Part shown: positions 27,420 through 36,090 of the stretch, piece after piece
How positions within the stretch are numbered: position 1 is the first letter of the stretch
Layout: every line of letters begins with the position of its first letter
Assembly: GCA_029098265.1 (NCBI GenBank)
Contig: JAQXNZ010000158.1
Span: forward strand, 1-53,383
Length of the DNA: 53,383 nucleotides
From: Clostridia bacterium
Lineage (GTDB): Bacteria > Bacillota > Clostridia > Lachnospirales > Anaerotignaceae
Reading direction: 5' to 3'
Translations under genes and position numbers: made by a program
The notes under the pieces: model-generated
The model's input: only the letters and a program-made list of their open reading frames with translations
What the model was told of the DNA's origin: nothing
Database searches by the model: none

Positions 27420-28895
27420 ATGATTGATTTAACAATAAACAAAGAAAACCTGGAACATAATATCAAAAAAGCTAGAGAAAACAATATTGTTATCCCTACA
27501 TATGAGCAGATGAAGCACCCTGAAACCATTCCCGATAAAATCAAGGACAGACTTGTGAATGTCGGCCTTTGGGACGTTGACCCGCTCAACCTTTTCAGAA
27601 TAACATGGAAAAATGAACAGAAGGAAAAGGGAGGCCTTTTCGGAGGACCTAACTTTATAGAGCTTCCCAAGGAGCTTACAGGCGTTGACGCGCGTATTAT
27701 ATGCATGATAGGCAAATGGTTCCCTACAGGCTGCCATAAGGTAGGCGCATCCTTCGGATGCCTTGCACCCAGACTTGTAACAGGACAGTTTGATGCCACA
27801 CGCCACAAGGCTGTATGGCCCTCAACAGGCAACTACTGCAGAGGCGGCGCATTCAACTCAAAGCTTCTTGCCTGCGATTCAATAGCTATTCTTCCTGCAG
27901 AAATGAGCAAGGAAAGATTTGAGTGGCTTTCAAAAATAGCGGGAGAGGTTATTGCAACACCCGGCTGTGAGTCCAATGTTAAGGAAATATTCGATAAGAC
28001 TTGGGAGCTCAAAACAACCAGAGACGACGTTATGATATTCAATCAGTTTGAGGAAATGGGCAACCACCTGTGGCATTATCAGGTAACAGGCAGTGCCATT
28101 GCAGAGGCTTTCGAGTCCGTAAAGAGAGAAGGAGACCGTCTTGCAGGCGCATGCTTCACATCAGGCTCTGCAGGAACAATCGGCTGCGGCGACTATCTTA
28201 AGGAAGTATATCCCGAAATGAAGCTTGCTGTAGGCGAAGCTCTTCAGTGCCCTACAATTCTCAACAACGGCTTCGGCGGACACAGAATAGAGGGTATCGG
28301 CGACAAGCATATCCCTTGGATACACGATGTAAAGAATACCGATATGGTAATAGATATAGATGACGAGGACAGCCAGAGACTTATCCGTCTCTTTAACGAC
28401 CCCGTCGGCAGAGAATACCTTGTTAAGGAAGCCCATGTTGCACCTGAGGTTGTTGAAAAGCTCGGATACCTCGGAATTTCCGGAACAGCGAATGTACTCT
28501 GTGCCATAAAGATGGCTAAATATTATGAAATGACAGAGCACGATGTAATAGCAACCGTTCTTACAGACTCCATAGATATGTACGGTTCAAGAATCAAGGA
28601 GCTTGAAGAAGAAAACGGACCTTATACAATGACAAGCGCCGCCGTTGACCACAACGTACACATGCTGGGTCTGCGTACGGACAACATGGAGGAGCTTACC
28701 TATGTAGCACGCAAGAGAATACACAATCTTAAGTACTACACATGGGTTGAACAGCAGGGCAGAACAGTTGAGGAGCTCAACGACCTCTGGTATGCACCCG
28801 AAAAGACATGGAAGGGCGTTCATTCACAGGCCAAAGACCTTGATGAACTTATCAATGCCTTCAACGATGCTTCGGGCGTACTCAAAAATATGTAA
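27420..28895 (+). CDS. Fold-type II PLP-dependent enzyme (about 490 aa), substrate unknown
   Basis: PTGCHKVG (Schiff-base Lys), PSTGNY, NQF, SGSAGT phosphate loop, IEGIG, GISG; GGGAGG RBS before ATG 27420. Confidence 0.85.
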   Translation: MIDLTINKENLEHNIKKARENNIVIPTYEQMKHPETIPDKIKDRLVNVGLWDVDPLNLFRITWKNEQKEKGGLFGGPNFIELPKELTGVDARIICMIGKWFPTGCHKVGASFGCLAPRLVTGQFDATRHKAVWPSTGNYCRGGAFNSKLLACDSIAILPAEMSKERFEWLSKIAGEVIATPGCESNVKEIFDKTWELKTTRDDVMIFNQFEEMGNHLWHYQVTGSAIAEAFESVKREGDRLAGACFTSGSAGTIGCGDYLKEVYPEMKLAVGEALQCPTILNNGFGGHRIEGIGDKHIPWIHDVKNTDMVIDIDDEDSQRLIRLFNDPVGREYLVKEAHVAPEVVEKLGYLGISGTANVLCAIKMAKYYEMTEHDVIATVLTDSIDMYGSRIKELEEENGPYTMTSAAVDHNVHMLGLRTDNMEELTYVARKRIHNLKYYTWVEQQGRTVEELNDLWYAPEKTWKGVHSQAKDLDELINAFNDASGVLKNM

Positions 28896-28954
28896 TTGCA
28901 CAGCACTCAAAAGTGCATGATTGGCTTTTGATATATCTATTGTGAGACAGGATT

Positions 28955-28991
28955 ATCCGATATGCCCTCAATTTTGGGCATATCGGATTTT
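28955..28991 (+). terminator. Hairpin with short U-run between the two PLP enzyme genes
   Basis: ATCCGATATGCCC-N8-GGGCATATCGGAT-TTT. Confidence 0.65.
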
Positions 28992-29014
28992 GCGGAATAT
29001 GGGAGGTTTTTAGT

Positions 29015-30259
29015 ATGAAAAATGTAATATCAGCCGTCTGCATAAAATGCGGCGCCGAAGTGGCTCCTACACCCGATATAACGGTATGCCCCCACTGCGG
29101 AGGACTTCTTGACATAAAATATGATTACAAATACATTGCTTCCAAAGTAACGGCAAAAGACATAAGCGAACGCAGGGATTATTCCATGTGGCGTTACAGA
29201 GAGTTCCTTCCCGTTGAGGAAAACACACCCAATACTCCCCTCAGAGTTGGCTGGTCGCCGTTCTATGAAGTTCCCAAGTTGGCAGAGGTTCTAGGCATAA
29301 AACAGCTCTGGATAAAAGATGACGGAATAAACCCCACAGGAAGCCTTAAGGACAGGGCTTCGGCAATGGCGGTTGCCAAGGCTATGGAGGCAAAGGCAGA
29401 TACAATTGCCTGCTCGTCAACGGGCAATGCCGCATCTTCTCTTGCAGGCAATGCCGCCGCTGCAGGACTTAAAACATACATATTTGTACCTTCGAGGGCA
29501 CCCAAGGGTAAGGTTGCTCAGCTTATGATATTCGGTGCCAACGTAATCTCGGTAGAGGGAAGCTATGAGGAGACCTTCAGACTTTCCGCAGAGGCCATTG
29601 ACCGTTGGGGCTGGTACAACAGAAATGCGGCTATAAACCCCTATCTTGTGGAGGGCAAAAAGACGGTTTCTCTGGAAATTGCCGAACAGTTGGGCTTCAG
29701 GATGCCTGACTATGTAGCTGTATCGGTCGGTGACGGCTGTACCATAGCGGGAGTATGGAAGGGCTTCAAGGACCTTTATCAAGCAGGAATAATTGACCGC
29801 CTTCCCAGACTTATAAGCGTACAGGCGGCAGGCTGCTGTCCTTTAAATACGGAATTGCAGACAGGCAAGCCCTGGCAGCCTATGGAGGAAAACACCATTG
29901 CGGATTCCATTGCCGTAGGTGTTCCCAGAAACCCCGATAAGGCACTCAATGCCGTAAGAGAAAGCAACGGAATAGCCGTAAATGTCACCGATGAGGAAAT
30001 ACTCGGCGCCATGAGACTTCTCGGACGTACCTGCGGACTTTTCGGAGAGCCTGCGGGAGTTACGGGAGCAGCAGGTATTAAGAAGGCACGCCAGACGGGA
30101 CTTATACCCGCAGATGCAACGGTGGTCGGAATAATATCCGGCAACGGACTTAAGGACGTTAACAATGCCATAAAAGCGGCGGGAGAACCTATATCAATAG
30201 CACCAGATATGAAGCTTCTGCTGGAGGCCTTTGATAAAAAGGGATTTAATTTAAAATAA
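29015..30259 (+). CDS. thrC: Threonine synthase family enzyme (Zn-ribbon N-terminus)
   Basis: CxxC..CxxC, SMWRY, NPTGSLKDR, SSTGNAASS, EGKKT, GEPAG, SGNGLK. Confidence 0.8.
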   Translation: MKNVISAVCIKCGAEVAPTPDITVCPHCGGLLDIKYDYKYIASKVTAKDISERRDYSMWRYREFLPVEENTPNTPLRVGWSPFYEVPKLAEVLGIKQLWIKDDGINPTGSLKDRASAMAVAKAMEAKADTIACSSTGNAASSLAGNAAAAGLKTYIFVPSRAPKGKVAQLMIFGANVISVEGSYEETFRLSAEAIDRWGWYNRNAAINPYLVEGKKTVSLEIAEQLGFRMPDYVAVSVGDGCTIAGVWKGFKDLYQAGIIDRLPRLISVQAAGCCPLNTELQTGKPWQPMEENTIADSIAVGVPRNPDKALNAVRESNGIAVNVTDEEILGAMRLLGRTCGLFGEPAGVTGAAGIKKARQTGLIPADATVVGIISGNGLKDVNNAIKAAGEPISIAPDMKLLLEAFDKKGFNLK

Positions 30260-30298
30260 TGCGGCGGAGCCGCTAAGCGGAAATATACTCGGTTTGTT

Positions 30299-30331
30299 GA
30301 GCCCTGCGGAATTCACTTTCGCAGGGCTTTA
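30299..30331 (+). terminator. Terminator after the thrC-like gene
   Basis: AGCCCTGCG..CGCAGGGCT-TT. Confidence 0.7.
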
Positions 30332-30430
30332 ATAAATATTATAAATATAGATATTTATGTTTGAACCGTAAATTTTGCTGTGCTATAATATGGGCTATAT
30401 TAAATCCTAAATGATTTGCGGGGTGAACAA

Positions 30431-31786
30431 ATGCAAAGTGCAAATTCGGCGGCAAGCAACATTCAGGCCGAGAAATTCAGAAAAATGACGGAGGAACCCG
30501 TTGATAAGCTTATATTGCAGATGGCTGTGCCTACTATAGCCAGTATGCTTATAACATCCATATACAATATGGCAGATACATATTTTGTCGGCAGGATAGG
30601 CACCAGTGCCACAGGTGCGGTAGGTGTTATATTTCCGCTGATGACCGTAATACAGGCAGTCGGATTTTTATTCGGCCACGGTTCGGGCAACTATATATCA
30701 AGACAGTTGGGAGCACAAAAAATAAAAGAGTGCAGGGAAATGGCTTCAACGGGATTTTTTTGGTCACTGGCAGGCGGATTTCTTATATTTATACTGGGAA
30801 TGATATTCAAAAATTCACTGGCGGTAATGCTGGGCGCCACGGACACAATACTGCCCTATGCCGAGGCGTATCTGCACTACATACTTTTCGGAGCCCCGAT
30901 AATGACAGCGGCCTTTACGCTTAACAATCAGCTGCGTTTTCAGGGCAATGCCTTTTACGGCATGATAGGCATAATGACAGGCGGAATACTTAATATAATA
31001 CTCGACCCCATATTTATATTTGTGTTTGACCTTGGTGTTGCCGGTGCCGCCATAGCCACATCGTTAAGCCAGCTGGTGGGACTTATTATACTGATAATAT
31101 TTACGAACAAAAAGAGTATACCTCTTACCGTTAAAAATATAAGGATAAACGGTTACTACATAAAGGAGATATTCAGAGGCGGACTGCCTTCGCTGTTCAG
31201 ACAGGGCTGTTCGAGCATTTCCTTTGTACTGCTTAACCATGCGGCAGGCGTATACGGCGATGCAGCCATCGCCGCCATGACGGTAGTGCAGAAAATAGTA
31301 ATGTTTGCGGCCTCGGCAATGATAGGCTACGGACAGGGCTTTCAGCCCGTATGCGGCTTCAACTTCGGAGCCAAAAAATATGACAGGGTCAAAAATGGCG
31401 TCAGCTTCTGTATAAAATCCTCTCTTATCGTGCTCGTTATATTGGCGGTGCTCGGTTACTACTTTGCACCGTGGCTTGTGGCAAGGTTCAGAGATGATGC
31501 GGAGGTAATTGCCATAGGCACCAGAACTCTCAGATGGCAGTGCCTTACATTTCCGTTGATGGGTTGGATAATAATATGCAATATGCTGGTGCAGACCATA
31601 GGCTATACCGTCAGGGCGTCAATACTTGCGACGGCAAGACAGTTCCTGTTCTTTGTACCATGCCTGTTTATACTGTCGGCAGTATTCGGGCTGGCAGGCA
31701 TAGAGGCGGCACAGGCTGCAGCAGATGCCATTGCCTTTGCGGTATCTGTATTCATAGGCTATGATGTGTTGAAGAAAATGAAATAG
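30431..31786 (+). CDS. MATE-family efflux transporter
   Basis: 12-TM pattern, YNMADTYFVG, NIILDPIFIF, GVAGAAIAT, QP..GFNFGAK. Confidence 0.95.
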   Translation: MQSANSAASNIQAEKFRKMTEEPVDKLILQMAVPTIASMLITSIYNMADTYFVGRIGTSATGAVGVIFPLMTVIQAVGFLFGHGSGNYISRQLGAQKIKECREMASTGFFWSLAGGFLIFILGMIFKNSLAVMLGATDTILPYAEAYLHYILFGAPIMTAAFTLNNQLRFQGNAFYGMIGIMTGGILNIILDPIFIFVFDLGVAGAAIATSLSQLVGLIILIIFTNKKSIPLTVKNIRINGYYIKEIFRGGLPSLFRQGCSSISFVLLNHAAGVYGDAAIAAMTVVQKIVMFAASAMIGYGQGFQPVCGFNFGAKKYDRVKNGVSFCIKSSLIVLVILAVLGYYFAPWLVARFRDDAEVIAIGTRTLRWQCLTFPLMGWIIICNMLVQTIGYTVRASILATARQFLFFVPCLFILSAVFGLAGIEAAQAAADAIAFAVSVFIGYDVLKKMK

Positions 31787-31800
31787 TGAAGATAAATATA

Positions 31801-31833
31801 CAGCCGGAACGGATAACGAACCGGCTGATTTTT
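31801..31833. terminator. Hairpin between convergent genes
   Basis: CAGCCGG..CCGGCTG followed by ATTTTT. Confidence 0.55.
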
Positions 31834-32687
31834 TACGGGCGGAATACGTTCTTCGGCGCAAGCTTAATCCTCGGGATAAGCTGTAACGCCGATTTTTTTA
31901 TATATTCTTCGGAATTAAGACCGAGAGTGTAAGCAAGGGAGGACGAAGCTGTTTTCAGAGCATTTGAAAGCTCCGTGTCGTTCATAGGAGAGAGCATGGC
32001 GGCTATATCCTCGGCATCGAGGCTGTCAATATTGAGTGAAAAAATGTCCTTTCCGCAGAAAGTAAGACCAATGGCGGCTGTCATCACGGGCTCATACAGA
32101 TTGAGAATAGTCTCCCTGTAGTCGCCGAACTGGCTTTCAAGCAGGCGCTCTATACTGTCGGCTTCAAATCGGCTCATAAATATGCTTTCGGTCAGAAAAT
32201 TTGTCAGCCAACCGTTGATATAGTCTATACCATACAGCTTTTCAGAAACGGGAATACAAAGCTGATAGTCAATATCTCCCGGAATGAGGTGGGCGTAATA
32301 ATAAATGTCATACTTTTTGAAAAATGTACCTATACCGTTGAGAGTGTCGGTTATTGAAATATTGTCAAGCTTCGGCGCGGCGGCTTTGGCGGAGTTATAC
32401 AGCTTTCTGCCAAAGGATACCTTTTCTTCCATGTAGTCCGATGCCTTTTTAAAAAGCATTTCGGAATCTTCCTGTGCAAGGGCTGAATAAGTAACACCGC
32501 AGCCGTCAAAATATGATTTCAGCACAAAGCATACCGATGTGAAAATCTCCGAAGCGGTGCTGCTTGGAACGGAACTGCTGTCGCCCAATGTATATCTTTT
32601 CAGATGCTTTACAAAAAATGAATACAGGTTTGACTGCGCTTTTACAGATTCAGCTTCCGAAAGACTTTGCGTCAGATTAAAATTCAT
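31833..32687 (-). CDS. Conserved clostridial hypothetical protein (DUF6179-like)
   Basis: YT.GDSSSV, FFKKYD..Y.AH.IP..IDYQL, GIDYI..WL motifs recalled from this family; GGAGG RBS. Confidence 0.65.
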   Translation of the reverse strand: MNFNLTQSLSEAESVKAQSNLYSFFVKHLKRYTLGDSSSVPSSTASEIFTSVCFVLKSYFDGCGVTYSALAQEDSEMLFKKASDYMEEKVSFGRKLYNSAKAAAPKLDNISITDTLNGIGTFFKKYDIYYYAHLIPGDIDYQLCIPVSEKLYGIDYINGWLTNFLTESIFMSRFEADSIERLLESQFGDYRETILNLYEPVMTAAIGLTFCGKDIFSLNIDSLDAEDIAAMLSPMNDTELSNALKTASSSLAYTLGLNSEEYIKKSALQLIPRIKLAPKNVFRP

Positions 32688-32699
32688 AGCCGTACCTCC

Positions 32700-33209
32700 T
32701 TAAAACATATCCTTCAGCTTCCGCCAATAGAGATTTCGGTCCCAACGGACTGCCTCATCGGACTGTGAAAAGCCGTCGGCTCCCGAACGCACAGCGCTTG
32801 AAAATCGGTCAAGACAGGTGCCTTCAAGATAGTCTATATCCCCGAAGCATACTTCATCATACTGTTTGCGCATAAAGGCTATAAGCTCATCGTCGGAAAC
32901 CTGCTCCAGAGTTTCGTTTTTATACATATAGAATATTTCCTGAAGCCGCATAAGTGTTTCACAATAGCTGTCGGCATCTATAAAATCCGAGTCGCAGAAA
33001 GCCGATATGAGCTTAGGGAGTACACTTTCTCCGAATTCAAAACGGCTTGTTTCATTCAGCGTTTCCTCTCTTGCCTCAGCCAGTGCCTTTGCCTGTTCAG
33101 CCGACAGGGAAAGACCGAATTTTTCAGTCATCACATTGCATTTCATAATGCTGTTAACTGCGGCGGCACGCTGTATACTTACCATATCCAAAGCAAATAT
33201 ATTATCCAT
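32700..33209 (-). CDS. Conserved clostridial hypothetical protein (DUF6323-like)
   Basis: FGL.LS, RFEFGE..L.KLI..FCDS, FY.YKNE, SDDELI; start moved to 33209 after GGAGG. Confidence 0.65.
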   Translation of the reverse strand: MDNIFALDMVSIQRAAAVNSIMKCNVMTEKFGLSLSAEQAKALAEAREETLNETSRFEFGESVLPKLISAFCDSDFIDADSYCETLMRLQEIFYMYKNETLEQVSDDELIAFMRKQYDEVCFGDIDYLEGTCLDRFSSAVRSGADGFSQSDEAVRWDRNLYWRKLKDMF

Positions 33210-33340
33210 ATTGTCGCCTCCGGGAAAAACAGTATACTGCTGTACAGGTATATGTACAAGACTTGATTTTTTGCCGAAAATGTGGTAATATAACAGCATA
33301 AAAGCGGAGAAAAAGTTCGCTTTTATTTTTTAATAATAAT

Positions 33341-33362
33341 CATATTGACATTTGTCGATGTG
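33341..33362. promoter_or_regulatory. Candidate ArsR operator
   Basis: CATATTGACA-TT-TGTCGATGTG imperfect palindrome just upstream of arsR; a weaker copy lies at about 33743-33766 before the permease. Confidence 0.55.
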
Positions 33363-33394
33363 TATACTATCATATTGAAAAGGAGGAGCAGTAT

Positions 33395-33700
33395 ATGGAT
33401 GATAATGAAAAGAATGCAAAAGTATTTAAAGCCTTTTGCGACCCAAACAGATTAAAGATTTTAAAACTGCTCCAAAACGGTGAAAAATGTGCCTGCGAAT
33501 TGTTGGAGGAGCTTAAAATAGGCCAGCCGACATTGTCACACCATATGAAAATATTATGTGATTCCGGCATAGTGACAGGACGTAGGGAAGGAAAGTGGAC
33601 TTACTATTCCTTTGACAGAGACGGAGTGAAAAATGCAAGGAACCTGATGTATGATATAACTTCTTTCAATGAAAATGCAAAAACTTCATTGTGCGATTAA
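33395..33700 (+). CDS. arsR: ArsR/SmtB metalloregulator (As-sensing type)
   Basis: FKAFCDPNRL, EKCACEL (CxC site), QPTLSHHMKIL, REGKWTYY. Confidence 0.9.
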   Translation: MDDNEKNAKVFKAFCDPNRLKILKLLQNGEKCACELLEELKIGQPTLSHHMKILCDSGIVTGRREGKWTYYSFDRDGVKNARNLMYDITSFNENAKTSLCD

Positions 33701-33767
33701 TTAATGCCGCCGTGGTATTTCGGCGGCATATAACGGATTTAATATATCGATATATTTAAATATATAA

Positions 33768-34799
33768 ATGAAAGGGAGAATACGCTTGGAAATGTTATTA
33801 AAAATCTGGGACTTTATTCAGAATGAGATATTGGGTATGCAATGGCTGAGTAAATTGACCGTGCAGTTTGTAAGTGCAGTAGGACTTGATATTAACAGCA
33901 AGGCGGGCGGAAGCATTCACTTTTTTATTTATGACTCAATAAAAATAATATTATTGCTGTGCGTACTTATATTTATAATTTCATATATTCAAAGCTATTT
34001 CCCTCCTGAAAGGTCAAAGAAAATATTGGGAAACTTTCACGGAATACGAGCTAATATTATATCGGCTTTGCTCGGCACGGTAACGCCGTTTTGCTCCTGC
34101 TCATCTATTCCGCTTTTTATTGGGTTTACGAGCGCAGGGCTTCCTTTTGGTGTAACATTTTCCTTTTTAATTTCTTCGCCTATGGTAGATATAGGTTCTC
34201 TGATGCTTTTGATGAGTATTTTTGGCTGGAAAGTCGCTTTGGCTTATGTGGTCTTGGGGCTTGTTATCGCCGTAGCGGGAGGAACAGCCATAGAAAAAAT
34301 GCATTTGGATGAGTATATAGAAGATTTTTCCCAAAAGGGGTGCTGCTGCAGTACGGCGCAGGAAGAGCTTGATTTTAAAATGAGAGTTCACCTTGCGGCA
34401 GAGAGCACTGCCGATACCTTCAAAAAGGTTGTGCCGTATATAGCAGTAGGAGTAGGCATCGGCGCTGTTATACACAACTGGATACCCGATGAGTTCATTA
34501 TACGCATATTGGGTGACGGCAATCCTTTCGGTGTTATTATAGCTGCGGCGGCGGGCATACCTATGTATGCTGATATTTTCGGAACAATACCTATTGCTGA
34601 GGCACTGTTGGCAAAGGGTGCGGGACTAGGAGTTGTGCTATCGTTTATGATGGGAGTAACAACACTGTCATTGCCGTCAATGATTATGCTCAGAAAAGCG
34701 GTTAAGCCCAAATTGCTGTATATTTTTATTGCTGTATGTGTTGTCGGAATTGTGGCTGTAGGGTATTTATTTAATGCTGTACAGTATTTGCTTATTTAA
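33768..34799 (+). CDS. arsP: ArsP/DUF318 permease
   Basis: TPFCSCSSIPLF, FLISSP, PMYAD, LSLP; CCC loop; directly after arsR (TTG 33786 is an alternative start). Confidence 0.85.
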   Translation: MKGRIRLEMLLKIWDFIQNEILGMQWLSKLTVQFVSAVGLDINSKAGGSIHFFIYDSIKIILLLCVLIFIISYIQSYFPPERSKKILGNFHGIRANIISALLGTVTPFCSCSSIPLFIGFTSAGLPFGVTFSFLISSPMVDIGSLMLLMSIFGWKVALAYVVLGLVIAVAGGTAIEKMHLDEYIEDFSQKGCCCSTAQEELDFKMRVHLAAESTADTFKKVVPYIAVGVGIGAVIHNWIPDEFIIRILGDGNPFGVIIAAAAGIPMYADIFGTIPIAEALLAKGAGLGVVLSFMMGVTTLSLPSMIMLRKAVKPKLLYIFIAVCVVGIVAVGYLFNAVQYLLI

Positions 34800-34917
34800 A
34801 AAGCTATAAGTATGCCCGGACTGTATATGCTGGAATTGTCTTTGAAAGTCTTTGATGTTAAGAGACTTTTAAGCAGGGCAGATATATTATAATGACAAAG
34901 ATTCGGAGGGAAAATTA

Positions 34918-35972
34918 ATGAAAGAGGAAAACTGCTCAGGTATAAGCTTTTTTCAGAAATACCTTACTGTATGGGTTTTGATATGCATGCTGATTGGGAT
35001 AATTATAGGCAGATTTTTACCCGAAGCGGCAGAGTTTCTAAACAGGTTTGAATATGCAGGAGTTTCTGTACCAATGGCGGTATTGATATGGCTGATGATA
35101 TATCCGATGATGATAAAGATAGATTTTCAGAGTATTAAAAACGTCAGCAAAAATCCTAAAGGCTTATTTGTCACATGGATTGTCAACTGGCTTATTAAAC
35201 CGTTTACAATGTACGCAATAGCATGTTTGTTTTTCTTTGTTGTTTTTAAAAAGCTCATTTCAGCGGAATTGGCCTCGGAATATCTGGCAGGTGCCGTATT
35301 GCTCGGAGCCGCACCGTGCACTGCTATGGTATTTGTATGGAGCACTTTGACAAAGGGCGATCCGGCTTATACCGTTGTACAGGTTGCAACAAACGATTTA
35401 ATAATTATGGTTGCTTTTGTACCGATAGTAAAATTTCTGCTGAGAATTTCAAGCGTTTCCGTTCCGTGGGATACGCTGATATTATCGGCTGTGCTTTTTG
35501 TAGCAGTGCCTTTGGCAGGGGGTATGCTGACACGCTCGGCTGTCATAAAGAAAAAGGGAACAGGTTACTTTGAAAATGTGTTTATAAATAAGTTTGACGG
35601 CATAACTACGGTGAGCTCCTTCTGACACTGATAATGATATTCATGTTTCAGAGCAGAGTTATTCTTGAAAATCCGCTTCACATAGTTTTGATAGCCGTAC
35701 CTTTAATAATACAGACTTTGTTTATTTTTGCTTTAGCATATACTGCATGTTATATTTTGAAGCTTCCGCACAGAATAGCGGCTCCGGCGGGCATGATAGG
35801 TGCATCAAATTTTTTTGAGCTGGCTGTTGCGGTTGCCGTAGCATTGTTTGGAACATCTTCGCCGACGGCATTGGCTACTACCGTAGGAGTACTGACAGAG
35901 GTTCCTGTTATGCTTTTTCTTGTCAGGATAGCTAATCGTACGAGAAAAGCCTTTGAAAAAAATGCACGGTAA
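34918..35972 (+). pseudogene. acr3: ACR3 arsenite efflux transporter, frameshifted at about 35614
   Basis: KYLTVWV, LMIYPMM, NWLIKPF, APCTAMV in ORF 34918-35625; [26 protein letters not shown] continue in another frame from 35616. Confidence 0.85.
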
Positions 35973-36034
35973 TGCAGAGCATAGATGTTTTATTTGATAT
36001 TCTGATTTATAAAACGGTATATATTTGTATTGCC

Positions 36035-36078
36035 TAAAAAAGCCCGCACCGAAGGTTATAAACCTTCGATGCGGGCTA
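36035..36078. terminator. Terminator between convergent acr3 and valS
   Basis: A-run then GCCCGCA.CGAAGGTT/AACCTTCG.TGCGGGC. Confidence 0.8.
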
Positions 36079-36090
36079 TATCTTCAGTGA

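Noticed and set aside
33210-33299. N-terminal extension of the DUF6323-like ORF
   Set aside because: It overlaps promoter and operator elements; the RBS supports 33209
35605-35640. Programmed ribosomal frameshift in acr3
   Set aside because: No X XXY YYZ slippery site or downstream stimulatory structure is visible
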